A DNA stretch of 63,898 nt, counting the filler, from Bigelowiella natans CCMP2755 (taxonomy: Eukaryota > Protista > Cercozoa), in assembly GCA_000320545.1 (NCBI GenBank). It is 11 parts of 11 records of this genome, joined end to end, with 100 filler letters (N's around TTAATTAATTAA, not from the genome) between each part and the next. Parts side by side here need not be neighbours in the genome. Positions count along the whole stretch, not along the records: positions 1,424 to 18,948 come from ADNK01000010.1; positions 19,049 to 23,191 come from ADNK01003560.1; positions 23,292 to 28,022 come from ADNK01002246.1; 8 more parts are not named here. One strand, 5' to 3'. Positions 12,978-25,941 of the stretch are shown piece by piece; the first letter of the stretch is position 1, and each line of letters opens with the position of its first letter. Made by a program: the position numbers and the translations under genes. The notes under the pieces were generated by a model that was not told the DNA's origin, did no database searches, and saw only the letters and a program-made list of their open reading frames with translations.

Positions 12978-14900
12978 ATGTCTGCGTCCAGCTCCTCAAC
13001 CTGCATCAAAGTCTCCATCATGTCAGCCAAGGAGAGGGAGAAGAGAGGAAGCTGTAGCTACCGCACGATGTTCAGGATAGAAGATTCCTAACGTTTCCTT
13101 TTTTAATCTAGAGATGAGGCTGCGAGGCGATTTTCAGGGAAATTCGATCCTGACACTTCCCTCTGGGCAGTGCTGCAATCTCTTGAGAAGAAGACTGGCG
13201 AAAATTTCACAACCATGTATGGAGTTCCACCCCCGGAGGAAACTAAGCTGCTGCGCGTGCAGTACAACGTGAAGGGCTACATGCAACCTGTCTTAGAGCA
13301 GGTGGTGGTGACGCCAGTAACAGTCGTGTGTCGCAGCAGCATCGATGCATTTGTTCTTGGAAAACCTTACTTTTTCAAAAACAAAGGCTTTTAATTCTAC
13401 ATAATCATTCTTCCTTTAACTGTAGCCGATGGATGGAGGGACTGTTAATGCCACTTCAAAAAAGGTTATCATTCGGGTTTTATAACAGCAAGCTTTTCAA
13501 CTCTCCCCCTTTCCATGCGTATCATTTGCAATACAACCCTCTTGGTGGTGGATTTTGTGTTGTTGTTTCACTAGTTCGATACAAAGCAATCCTTAAAAGA
13601 AACGACCATTGCCGATCTTGGCCCTTACAAATATGACTCCGTAACAATGCTTTTGGCGTTCCGGTGATCTAGAGTAGCCGTAGAAAACTGTATGAGTCGT
13701 TATAATAATAGATTCATTCATTTCCTCTCTCTCTCTTCCAAACTCGACAGATATATTTGAAATCAGAATTAGGAACTGACTCACAATAGTGATGTGTACT
13801 ACTACTGTCGGCAGGTATGAAAAACCTGACATCGATGAGAAAACAGGCCAGAAGATGATCTCTCGATTGAAGGAAAAAATCTTTCAAAAAAATACCCCGC
13901 ATACTCCTCAAAATGCTTCTTCGATCGCCTCTTCTTCGGACAGTAGTAGCAATATTCCGACTTCGCCGGCAACCCCTTCCGTCCCTTCTTCTAACAACAA
14001 AGGGACAACAACAGTGGAAGAATTGCGAAGGCTTCTTCCCTCTCATAGATTCAGACGTTTATTAGGTCGTTTACCGAAACAACTCAAGGAGGAAAGCTCT
14101 TCCGCACACCCTGAAACTAGCAGAGATAGCAGTAGTGGAGAGACACAGCACAGATCGGGAGTGTCAACCGCAAAGACAGAGAAGAATCCAGAGACGGCAG
14201 AGGAAGACTATGATGTTCGTGAGAACGACTTTGCCAGCTTGGTTAGCGCTGTACGTGGCGCAAGGCAGCAGAGCAGTAAATCCTTCTCACAGTTCAAAAC
14301 AACGGTAGATCTGACTGAGTAAGCATATTGCTGGATGTATTTTAAGGGGGGGCATGGGTGGGTTGTTAATGTGGCTTTATGCTTTTAATTGGATGATGTG
14401 AAGAAGTTTTACATTTTGGACGCTTTTGTGTGGCTGCTGCTGCTGGTGCTGCCTGGTTGCAGATGCTGCGGATAAGGTTTCCTGGGCGTCTGATACTTGA
14501 GGCAAAGTTCCTTCCGGAGGAAACTGTGGCCGACGTTACCGAGTTCGTGCGCGCCTCCCTCAAAGATGAGAAGATGCCGTTCATACTGTTCACTGCGCCA
14601 CCTCGACGGGTGCTCACTCCCGCTGATAAAGAAAAGTCTCTCGCTTCTTTACGTCTGGTTCCTTCTGCCATCATCCATTTCTCCTCCGAGCTCATAGATC
14701 CCATCAGTGGAAAACCAACGAAGAAAGGTGGTGGTAGTCATGGAAGGAACACGGCGGGCGGTGATGGTGGTGATGCTAAGACTGCTGGTGACAGTAATAC
14801 TGATGATGATGATGATGATGGAAATCGGCAGCAGAGGACAAATCAGCACGGTTATGATGGTCCCGGGTGGTATTTTAAATCGAGTATCCTTCAACAATAA
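12978..14900 (+). CDS. UBX-domain protein, TUG/ASPSCR1/PUX1-like (p97/CDC48 cofactor)
   Basis: C-terminal UBX domain: LRIRFPGRLILEAKFLPEETVADVTEFVRASL..PFILFTAPPRRVL..SLASLRLVPSAIIHF. N-terminal ubiquitin-like segment: RFSGKFDPDTSLWAVL..ETTIADLG. Confidence 0.85.
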
Positions 14901-15610
14901 TAGCATGGCAGCCAAATACGCGTCCATTATTACTGTACCAATTACCGTTCCGACGCAATAGCCATGATGACGATAGCATGATGTCACACAGCATTGCGGA
15001 ATAATCATCAATTTCTCTACCCTAATGATCATCGTTCACGCTAGCACGACACATCAGCTAGAGATGGTCATCTGCTCGATGGATCGTAGTACGTAGGCGC
15101 AATAAATGACGCTTATCAATCCGCGGCAAGCATCGCACTGAATTTTTCCATGTGGTCCCTGCTCACGCATTACACTATCCGTAACTGTAGCACAGACAGG
15201 GGGCATCTTCAATGAAAAGCTTAGTCGCATTTCGCAGATGCATAGAGCCTTTATCATGCTTATTATACAGTGGACAGTATTTATGTTACAACACATATGA
15301 ATAAATTGTAGGTAGTAGATAGGTATTAGCGAATAGCATAGTATAAGTGGAAGCCCACTGTTGCGCGTAGTGGTGCATTGTCAATTTTCATTCGCCCAAA
15401 TAAATACTTAGAAATTGTCGGCTCCAACAATAACACGTGCTTGTGTACCAGGGTTCTGTGCTAGAGTGCAGATATTGTGCATCGATGAGGTTCTCTTGTA
15501 GCTCAACACTGTTATTGGCGTATAATTAAAACATGCAGTTCATGCATCGACTAGACTGATACTCCCAACGCAGAGCAAGCGTTATTTTGATATTCATAGT
15601 AACAATATGA

Positions 15611-15646
<36 letters not shown>

Positions 15647-15738
15647 CTGCATGCGATAAACTTCATGTCCTCCATCTGTAGAGTGGGCCCACACGACAGC
15701 ACGCAGGAATAGGGGATTAGATTATTACCCAACGGGCG

Positions 15739-16159
15739 CTAGAGGCCGGAACCGCACAACCCTAAGATCTTGAGAACGGACCGAGTCCAAGGATATAAGC
15801 GCGGAGCCATGCAGTAGTTGAATGGCATCCATACCGAACTTGATATCGGGTATTGAACATACGTGTCCAGGATCAGAATCGCGAGTTCCAATCTGTGGAA
15901 ATAAGCAATACATGCATGGCTAAGGCGTCAGATACAATGACAAGTACACGCATGGAGGGATGGATGGACAAATGAAGCATGCAGCAGCAGCAGCATATCC
16001 CGCAGACGATATTACAGGTACAATCTTATTATCGTCGTCCTCGCTGCTGCCTGCATGCTGTGTCGTATCACCTATCCATGGAAAGAATGTAGTCTGGGGC
16101 GTCGTTCGGTACAAGCCCACGTCGTGCCAAATCGGATCCGAAGGTGAGGAGGATCTTAA

Positions 16160-16194
<35 letters not shown>

Positions 16195-18724
16195 AAAAAA
16201 AAAAGCTTGGGCGCCCGAGCCCTTTTTCCCCCCGGAAATTTAAAAGAAAAAATTTTTTTTTTTTTTTTCCCCCCCCCCCCCCCCCAACTGTTTTTTTTCC
16301 TCATTCACAAAAAAAAAAAAATTTTTGGGGGGGGTTTTTTGAAAAAACCCCCCCCCGGTCGCCAAAATTTTTCTAGGGGGGGGGGGTTTTTTTGTGGGGG
16401 GGGGGGGGGGGGGGGGGGGCCCGTAAGATCGAGTATTTAATTTATTATTGCCATCTCAGCATCCTATTCATGGAATACTTCGTGCTACTTGCTACAGCAA
16501 GGCACTCAGTAGTTGCAAGCGAGGAGAAGACTGCACACCTGTTCAAGGGTCATCATTCCTTCCTGCTTCTCATCCGTTATTTGTCTTCGGAACTTTGAAG
16601 CTTCCTCCTCGTCTGTGAAACTATGGTGATGATAATGATGATGATGATGTTGATGATGATGATGATGATGATGATAATGATGATGATGATGATAATGATG
16701 GTTTAGGAGAGCAGCCAACAGCAGCGGCGGCGGGAATGCATGAGTGAATGAGAGAATGCAGAGCGAAGCGGTTGGGTGGATGCAGCGATAGTTAATCACG
16801 AATATTTACTACATGGCCGATACAAGAACACTCAAGAAAAGATGCTGTCGCCGCCGAAAAAAAGTCCGAATCCTCTACTGCTTTCTCACTCCTTTTTACA
16901 TCAAACAGATAACTAGACGGCCTATCATCGAATCGATGATAGATGACTATCTTACCATCTTGCTCGATAGACAATGCTGATCCTGAGATCGTCGGTTGTG
17001 TAGTTTGCCACAGTCGTCAAAGTGGATGGGGAGGAGGAGGATGAAGCAGCCTCAGAGCCGTCCTCACTACTACGATCGACATCGATGCTCCACCTGTCGT
17101 TGTTGTGAACGCCGAGGAAGTAGGAATAATAAAAGCATGTATCAGCAGGTGGTTGCACCAGCAGAGGCAAGAGAAGCAGCCATGCTAAACAAAAGAAAGG
17201 GGAAAAAACAACCAACGACACCCACTTCGGGTAAAAGAGGATAACCGATGTGAAGCACAGCGAAATCAAAAGATCTTGTGGCAGCTCATTCTTCTTCCTC
17301 TTCGTCTTCTTCTACTCCTTCTTCTACTACTTCTTCCATGATTATGTTCCCACCACCACCACCACCACCCTCAACTATAGTCGCACAACATGATGAAGCC
17401 GTCTATTTTACCGCTCATCCCCACGATATGTGAGCACGGCCCCTTCGCCCTGAGTTGTAGCAGCGGAGATTACGAAGGGGGGAGGGGGGGGTCTAGCTGA
17501 GGAGCGCAGTTTACATCGACATGGCTCACCATGCTGCTTTATGTGGCGAACCTCATTCTTGCAACGATGGAGACTACAACGATGATGAAGTATCATCACT
17601 CTCGCTCACACCTCTTCTCCTTCTTCTCCTTCATTATTTTCTTCTTCTTCTTCTTCTTCTTCTTCTTCTTCTTCTTGTTGATGATGATGATGTTGTATTT
17701 GCCTTTCTGATCGGAGGCGGATCCCTACTCGGCCAGTACACCCGCGCTGTGTGAATGGTCTTCGACCCGTCAACCTGCTCGTGATGGCAACGATAATCAT
17801 GATAACGATAATGATAATGATGATGATGATGATGCGGAATGGTTTGCGTAAATTTTGCTTTTGCTTTTGCTTTTGCTTTTGCTTTTGCTTTTGCTTTTGC
17901 TGTCGTTGTCGTTGTCGTCGTTGCAATCTGATTTCGATGCTGTTTGTATTGTCTCGACTACCGCTGATCCTGCAAGGGGGATTGGAAGGACCTCGAGGGG
18001 CGTATTCCACTCTAATAAACGACAATAATAGCACCAAAGAGTAGTAGCAGTAGTAGTAGTAGTAGTAGTAGTAGCAGCAGCAGTAGTAATAGTAGGTGAG
18101 AGAAGGAACCCCTAGTATAGTGCTGATCCAATGTAACTACTCTTTAACATGGTGCTATTCGTTCGCACGCACTGTTCTTCTCTTCCGTTTGCTTCTTATT
18201 CCAGTAAACGAATCGGCCCTTCCGCTCCTCAGTCGGCTCCCAGCGGTGCAGATACCCGACGACCTACGAGGGAAGGGGGCAGGGTGTGTTGGTGAGATAG
18301 CGGTGAGATAGCGTTGAAATCAGGAGGAAATACTAGAGACGTTGGCTGCGACAACGACAGTAACTAAATCGGATATCTTCCACGCCTTTTAGGTTTGATT
18401 CGTAGCATTGAAAACGGTCGTGGGAGATTTCCCCAGAAGATACTGAGACGATGTCAAGACGCCGCTATACGACTACTACTGCTGCTACTACTGAAAGAAC
18501 CTGCACTTGATCGATGAACGACTCACGAAAGAGATTGGAGAACTTCATCGCTGCTAGTAGCCATTGGGGGAACTGGACGATGCACGAGGATCATGATGTA
18601 TACAAAGGGACGATCAATGTGTATTGTCCGAACATGTACATGCGTGTAGTTAGAAGCAGATATAGGTGTGTTATCGTAGATACATGTGAAGAATATGTAA
18701 TCAATACCCGCACACACACACGCG

Positions 18725-18765
<41 letters not shown>

Positions 18766-18908
18766 AAAAGGATTTTCAATGGCGGCAGAATAAATATCCT
18801 ACATAGACTATATCTAAAATATAGTCTCCCCCTGCAGCAGCTACTACAAGTCGATGCACAAGAGCAGCACCTGAAAGCGGGTTGCCCCCCAAAAGTACAC
18901 TCCATCGA
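15739..18908 (-). CDS. Uncharacterised 2OG-Fe(II) oxygenase-like protein (3' portion; 5' end lost in gap)
   Basis: Spliced peptide: DGVYFWGATRFQ/FPQWLLAAMKFSNLFRESFIDQVQ/VVGYLHRWEPTEERKGRFVYWN..VDGSKTIHTARVY..YTTDDLRISIVYRAR..LELAILILDTYVQYPISSSVWMPFNYC..stop at 15739. The distal His and RxS motif fit a DSBH dioxygenase; the His of HxD would lie in the gap. Confidence 0.65.
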
Positions 18909-19048
18909 CTGCAAAGGATAGGGGGGGGGGGGGGGGGGGGGGGGGGGTNNNNNNNNNNNNNNNNNNNNNNNNNNNNNNNNNNNNNNNNNNNNTTAATTAA
19001 TTAANNNNNNNNNNNNNNNNNNNNNNNNNNNNNNNNNNNNNNNNNNNN

Positions 19049-20563
19049 CCTAGCATTTTCACTGGATGGGAAGCACATCGCAAGCGGGAGTGGCGACAAC
19101 ACCGTGCGGATCTGGAACGTCGCTTCTGGAGCACAAGATGCCAAGCTGCAAGGCCACACTGACAGGGTCAATTCGGTTGCATTTTCACTGGATGGGAAGC
19201 ACATCGCCAGCGGGAGTTACGACAACACCGTGCGGATCTGGAACGTCGCTTCTGGAGCACAAGAAGCCAAGCTCCAAGGCCACACCCATTCGGTCACTTC
19301 GGTTGCATTTTCACCGGATGGGAAGCACATCGCCAGCGGGAGTCACGACAACACCGTGCGGATCTGGAACGTCGCTTCTGGAGCACAAGAAGCCAAGCTG
19401 CAAGGCCACACTGACAGGGTCACTTCGGTTGCATTTTCACCGGATGGGAAGCACATCGCAAGCGGGAGTGGCGACAACACCGTGCGGATCTGGAACGTCG
19501 CTTCTGGAGCACAAGAAGCCAAGCTGCAAGGCCACACCCATTCGGTCACTTCGGTTGCATTTTCACCGGATGGGAAGCACATCGCCAGCGGAAGTGGCGA
19601 CAACACCGTGCGGATCTGGAACGTCACTTCTGGAGCACAAGATGCCAAGCTCCAAGGCCACACTAACTGGGTCACTTCGGTTGCATTTTCACCGGATGAA
19701 AAGCACATCGCAAGCGGGAGTGGCGATAACACCGTGCGGATCTGGAACGTCGCTCTAGCCGTCTCAATCCCACCACAATAAAAATCGACAACAAGGCTAC
19801 AACATGTGGCCTAGCATTTTCATCGGATGGGAAGCACATCGCAAGCGGGAGTGGCGACAACACCGTGCGGATCTGGAACGTCGCTTCTGGAGCACAAGAA
19901 GCCAAGCTCCAAGGCCACACTGAACCGGTCTATTCGGTTGCATTTTCACCGGATGATGAGCACATCGCCAGCGGGAGTGTCGACAACACCGTGCGGATCT
20001 GGAACGTCGCTTCTGGAGCACAAGAAGCCAAGCTCCAAGGCCACACTAGCTGGGTCACTTCGGTTGCATTTTCACCGGATGGGAAGCACATCGCCAGCGG
20101 GAGTTGGGACAACACCGTGCGGATCTGGAACGTCGCTTCTGGAGCACAAGAAGCCAAGCTCCAGGGCCACACTAACTGGGTCAGTTCGGTTGCATTTTCA
20201 CCCGATGGGAAGCACATCACCAGCGGGAGCAGGGACGAGACCGTGCGGATCTGGAACGTCGCTTCTGGAGCACAAGAAGCCAAGCTCCAAGGCCACGGTG
20301 AAGTGTTGTCTGTCGGAACTTCATTGGATGGACATCAATTGGTCATTGGAACAGACCACGGCGAGCTGCAAGTTTGGAAAGGCATCAAGGAAATCAAAGG
20401 CGAGCAATTGAACGTGAGCAAATTGATCACCTACCCAAAATCGGGTTTGATTCTGCAAACCAATGAGAGATTCAAGGCTTTTGTTGCTTTTTCGGTGGAC
20501 CACAAGACCGCCAAAGCTCTGGAGTCAGCAGAAAAGACACAACACAGTTGTGGTCTGATGTGA
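19049..20563 (+). CDS. WD40 array with near-identical 126-bp repeats (HET-D/E/NWD-type NLR sensor-like); 1-bp frameshift at ~19754; 5' end in gap
   Basis: About 10 intronless copies of a 42-aa repeat, LQGHTxxVxSVAFSPDGKHIASGSxDNTVRIWNVASGAQEAK. ORFs 19104-19781 and 19865-20563 differ by one frame. Confidence 0.9.
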
Positions 20564-21060
20564 CCATGTCTGTGTCACTTTGCTGTGCAATGTTGCAGCG
20601 CAAGACGAAGAACGTCTCCCATCTAGCCAAGCGGTCATGATGAATGGTTGGTTCCTGTTTTTGGCACTTGCACACTCCCTGCATGGCCACTCGAGGCTGC
20701 ACATTCACATCTAGACATGCTAGCATGCAGTTCACTTGCATGCTTGTCACCTCTGGACCTTGCTCAGCTTGTTGGCTAATTGTCATTTTGCATCTCCACT
20801 CTCATCATGCGGCTCTGTTCACACCACGTGCTCGATCGAGAAGCGCACTGGTGCGTGCATCATGCGTGAGCACGTGTTTCGTGCATTGTTTGATGCACTA
20901 GCTTCATTTGATCATCGATTCCATTTTGCTGCAGCATGGATGGCCCTAGCTAGCTAGAGTGAATGTCATTCCCTCATTTGATGCTGTGATGAGCGACCAT
21001 TCACTTGTCTAGTTGTGCCTGTGCTCACTGACAACACCATTGCGCAAGAACTTCCTTTGA
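20564..21060. other. TpA-depleted/CTAG-retaining island downstream of the WD40 gene
   Basis: Manual count finds 9 TA in ~500 bp: 8 in CTAG and 1 in CTAA. Confidence 0.7.
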
Positions 21061-21179
21061 TCAAGCTGTGAAAATCATCACTGAAGAACTCATCGGTTTG
21101 AATTCTAATCGAATTCGGCATCTGCTAGAACTAACCGGTCTTGTGTTTCTTCACAACTTCAGGCTACTTGACACTCACT

Positions 21180-22898
21180 ACTTTTTTTGCATTCGATGCA
21201 CAAGCTTCTCCACCACGGCGGGTGTTGTGCAAGGAGCAAAAGCTTGGACTGACATCATGCTCATTCCTGAACGCATCTCTCATTTCTCAGTTGCTCTCGT
21301 CGCGCAGTTTCGAAAAGGGTTGCTCCAGGAAAAAAAATGGCATAACAATACACTGAAGCAGATTACAGAAAGATGATTAGTTCTAGCAGTACGGGGAACT
21401 TCGCTGTATTTTTTGTTCCAATCAAACTCTGTAGCGAACCTCCAAATTACAACCGCACACCCGGCTATCATCGCACACGCGGTAAGGACTAAGGAGATGA
21501 TAAAACAGACCAGCTGGCGTCTGTGTTGAAAAGCAAATTCTGTCCTAACAACAGTATTCAATGAGACAACTTGCTTGTTTGGAGCTGCATCCACCTTTGG
21601 GGATCGTTTTGCTGCTGATTCCGAGAGTGTACTTCTCTCTAACTTGACTTTGGTGTCAGTAATGTTGCTTGAGCTGCTCTGCTGTTGGCCTTTCGGTGGT
21701 GAAATGACTTGGAGAGGATATTCATTAGTCGCAGTGGTATTCTGATGCTGCGTTGAGAGGAAGTCCTTTGCTACGATCTCACTTCCTTCGAGGTGAACAA
21801 TATCTCTTTCTGTCTCTCGCCTTCGAGGGCTCATTTTTGGAGTGGTTTGTAATTCCATGTTCTCCAATTTATATTCATTCTTGGCTCCAGATTTGATGAA
21901 ATCTTGGCCGGTTTTCACACTCGGCCTTTTCACTGCTCTGCTATAAACTCCAGCGGGCTTCCGAAAATTACCATCCTCTTGATGCTTTCGGATATAATCA
22001 TAGGTGACCACCACAGTGGCAGCGCTGTCGATGAGGTATATAACTCCGATGCAGGCCACTCCTGCATGCACCAAATCATCATCGCTTAAGCTTCTCTCAA
22101 AATAAGTTGACGGGGGAGGAGGAAAATTATAAGAGTGGGAAGAAGTGGTGATTTGAATCACCTATGCCTCGCATGAGGTTTGGCCATTCCGCGTCTAAAA
22201 TTATGATTAAGATTGACGCCGAGGCTTGCAGAAGTACTGTAAACCAGAACTTAATTTTTTCGTTGTCCCAATAACTGGTCACTGGCCGATTCGTCGTAGT
22301 TTGCCAAATCATCTGTGGGGAAAAAAAGGAAGTTCATTCTTACAACTCAAAATCGTGCTACAGCGTGAGCTCCTCTCGTAATTACAATGAGAGCATGATG
22401 CAGCTGAAACCCGGTCCCCATAGCAACAGTCTGCCAACACCAGATCAACAACGTTACCACCCGCATAAAGATATTATTACAGGAGATTGACGAAAACAAA
22501 TATCGATACGTCTGGATCCTTCTGACTCGCACGCGCAAGCAACAGATCGGAATGGGTGAAACATAATCGCCCAAAGCACACTACCTGCATGACTCCGCCC
22601 AGTACTGTTTGCAGCTGCCACGGTGCCTCAGAACGAATGGTGGCGCAATATATTGCGACCAATACCCAAGAGGAACAAACCAATCTAGAATTATGCCCAG
22701 AGCATAGCATGATTCAATGAATGGCGAACTAAGAAACAGGGCTCAACCCAAATCTAGCAGTATTTTCGTATCAATTGTCGAAAATGAAATAAGGTAGAGA
22801 GTTGCCACAGAGAAGCTTTTATTGTTGGAAAGAAGATGGGCTGAACACTCACATTTGCAATCGTCTCTTCTGTAATCTGCCCCCCGGAGAATATCCCA
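21180..22898 (-). CDS. Multi-pass membrane protein of unknown function
   Basis: ATG at 22898 followed by a GTGAGT donor. Hydrophobic segments: FWFTVLLQASASILIIIL, AGVACIGVIYLIDSAATVVV, LVCFIISLVLTACAMIAGCAVVIW. Includes the 293-aa ORF 21280-22161. Exon boundaries only partly resolved. Confidence 0.55.
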
Positions 22899-23291
22899 TG
22901 GTGAGCGTTGTCTCACACCGTTCGTAGAGCTAAATTTCTATGTTATTTATCGGTGATTCTTGCCGTTGCTCACTGTTGTTCTGGTTTGTTACTTGATGAT
23001 GATGGTGGTGATGGTGATTGTCGTTGTTGTTGTTGTTGTTGTGGGAAGGTCAAGACCCTTTTTGATACTCTGAGGTGCGCAAACACACCCCTTAATCACA
23101 CACAATTATCAGAAGGACGAGATTCTGCTTGTCACCCGACGGCAGCAATCATCACAAATCGCTGACGCGAGAGACCAGTGTATTTATGTGTNNNNNNNNN
23201 NNNNNNNNNNNNNNNNNNNNNNNNNNNNNNNNNNNTTAATTAATTAANNNNNNNNNNNNNNNNNNNNNNNNNNNNNNNNNNNNNNNNNNNN

Positions 23292-23634
23292 TTGACTCCC
23301 TATCTCCTCTATCCTCATCTCCACGCCTTCGTCTGCGATCTCGATCTCGGTCCCGATCCCGATCTCGATCCCGATCCCGATCCCTATCCCTGTCACGATC
23401 CCGGTCACGATCTCGATCACGCCTTCCACCGCCACGATCTCTGTCACGCTCGCGATCTCCTCCCCCCCCTCCTCCTCGCCCGCCTCGTTCACCGTAAGCA
23501 GGGGGCTCACGGCCGGAGAAACGCTGGTTGACATCCTTGCCACCCTTTCGAGTACCTCCCAGCCCCCCTCCGAGGCGACGCGGCTTCCAGCCTTTCACGG
23601 TGCGCCCACGCTCCACGTCGACAAGGATACGCCG

Positions 23635-23674
<40 letters not shown>

Positions 23675-24526
23675 CATATTTATATATACATTAATAATAC
23701 ATATATTGCGGTGTTGGTGTTGGGTTAGAGAAAGGAAGAAAGAGTCGGGGGAGAAATCACCAGATAAAAAAAATCACACGAATGCACATGTTAACTTAAT
23801 TTCAGCAGGTATGAATGAATCTGGAAGGAAATTACAACCTTATTCACTTTGCGGCCATCAGCATCTTTATAAGCTTCTTTCAGATCACGAGAGTGTTCGA
23901 ATTCAACGAATCCGTATCCGCGGGATTTACCGTCCTTGTCGGTTACGAGGTGTGCCTTAACGACCGGGCCGTAGTATTCAAATTCCTGCTTCAGGTCGCC
24001 CTCCGTGATTTCAAAGCTTAGCCTTCCTACGAAAAGAGTCTTGAAACCGTCCTTCGTCATGTTGATGTTGTCGGGATGGTTAGGGTTCCACCGCCCAGAT
24101 TGGGAGGCGACCCGCTTCTCATGCCGGTCCTGATTTCACACCAGATTCAGTATATAGAGATGGTAGCAAGGTTGTTAACTCCTCGATCGCGGTGACAATT
24201 GTTTTGGAAAACATGATACGACTACATACAGAAAGGCTTACGGTTTCACTCGGAAGTTGCGAATATTTTATCAGCGGCCAGAATTCAACAACTGCAACAA
24301 CAAAAAATGGGTAACTCACCTTTTTCTTAGCTACTCGTTTTTTGCGTCGTTCGATCGGTGTCTCCTTCTTCTCGGGGGGCGGGTGGTTGTACTCTTTCAA
24401 ATTCTTCACGAATGCTGCGACTCCAGAATATGGATACATCTTGCGTTTCTCAACCGGTTCCTTGAAAGGGATTGGTGGCCGAGGCTGAAAGAGCGACATA
24501 ATCGCCGGTGGCAAGTAATGAGCCAT
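23292..24526 (-). CDS. SNRNP70: U1 snRNP 70 kDa protein (3' end runs into gap)
   Basis: N-terminus [21 protein letters not shown]; [29 protein letters not shown]; [27 protein letters not shown]; RD-dipeptide tail. Confidence 0.97.
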
Positions 24527-25211
24527 GATTCCTTCTGCTCCTTATGGGTCAGTTCCCAGCCCTGATATCTTGCCTAGTTTAGAATATTACAGGTGAATCA
24601 ACCTAGGAATTTCCTTCAGGAAACCCAGCTCATAAAGGGTGCATAGAATGATATCGATTTCAGGTGTATGCTCTCAAATACGAGGTTATACTTGTTTAAA
24701 AACCCAAGCGGACGTCAACACCTTCACGCACTTGCGCGAGCGAGGAAAAAGTGTATAATATCTCCATGTATTTGTAAGATGAATTCAAGAAGGGAAACAT
24801 GTCCCAATATTATCTCACCATCTTGAATTAACCACAAAAAGAGCTGGGGGGTGCGTGTAGATTGATTATTCACCTTCCAGTGTAGGATGCTTGAAGCTTC
24901 GCGATGATGGCGTCGAGTTTTTGGTGAAGCCTAAGTCCCAACTCTCAACCTAAAGTAAATACCGTCCAATAAAACAGAATAAAACATTAAAATATTGTCG
25001 TTTTTATAAATTATATAGCATTTCCATATCATCGTTCGGATTTCTTTGCTTGCGGCCATCCTCTTCGGCTGTTTCGCGCAGTTCCAAAATCCAATTCCTT
25101 TTAGCTCCAGTAAGTTATTTTCTCGGCTTTTCGGAACCTTTCGTAGCTCGAGAGTCTCTCGAGATCATAGCTGAAAATAAAATTTCTCGTTTAAACATAT
25201 TTTAGAAAAAA

Positions 25212-25884
25212 ATGGAAGGGAACTGTACATCTGCGACAAGGTATGCCACTTTCCAACGACTAATGGATGAAAATGACTGCCAGAACATTCCCCCCCCGCC
25301 CCCCGATGGCGACGGAAGAGGCGGCCGTAAAGTAACTAAGAACCGGATGTACAAGTTGAGTGACTATGCTCAAAGGTTAATAAGTAAGGCAGACAGCCTC
25401 ATTCAAATAGGGGAATCAATGAGACTGAGGCATGGAAAACAAGTGTTGCAGAACGACATTGAAGAGAAGCGAGTGGGTAATACTCAACGCTGTGCCGAGT
25501 CAGAATATGCAGGCTGGCGAAAAACTGATCCAGTTCTTCATCTCATATCGAGAGCTCAAGCGCTAGTCCCTCCAGCTTCATCCATTATCTCACCAGCTTC
25601 GGAGGAGAACAATAGTCGAAAGCCGAGAAATGCGATGAAGAAGAAGAAGAAGAAGAAGAAGAAGGCCTCGTATACAGTCAATAAATATATTAAGCAATTG
25701 AGAGGGGAGCTTAAAGGGAAAAGGGACTTCTTCGCCGAAAGTAGCTGTCTTGTTGGTAAGGAAAACAACCGATACAAGGTACGAAATGATGCCGTATTTA
25801 AGCAAAGACGAAGAAGCAAGAAGCAGCCTCCAAAGGCATGGGCTCTAGAATGGCTACCGGGAGGTACATAAATACACACACACG

Positions 25885-25941
<57 letters not shown>

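Noticed and set aside
16161-16425. Homopolymer mosaic (polyG/A/T/C) and the ORFs across it
   Set aside because: Typical low-quality read-through after a long G-run; probable sequencing artefact within an intron.
19049-20300. Regular repeat with variable positions read as a CRISPR array or DGR
   Set aside because: Units are 126-bp in-frame WD40 repeats with no unique spacers; no cas or reverse transcriptase gene is seen in the window.
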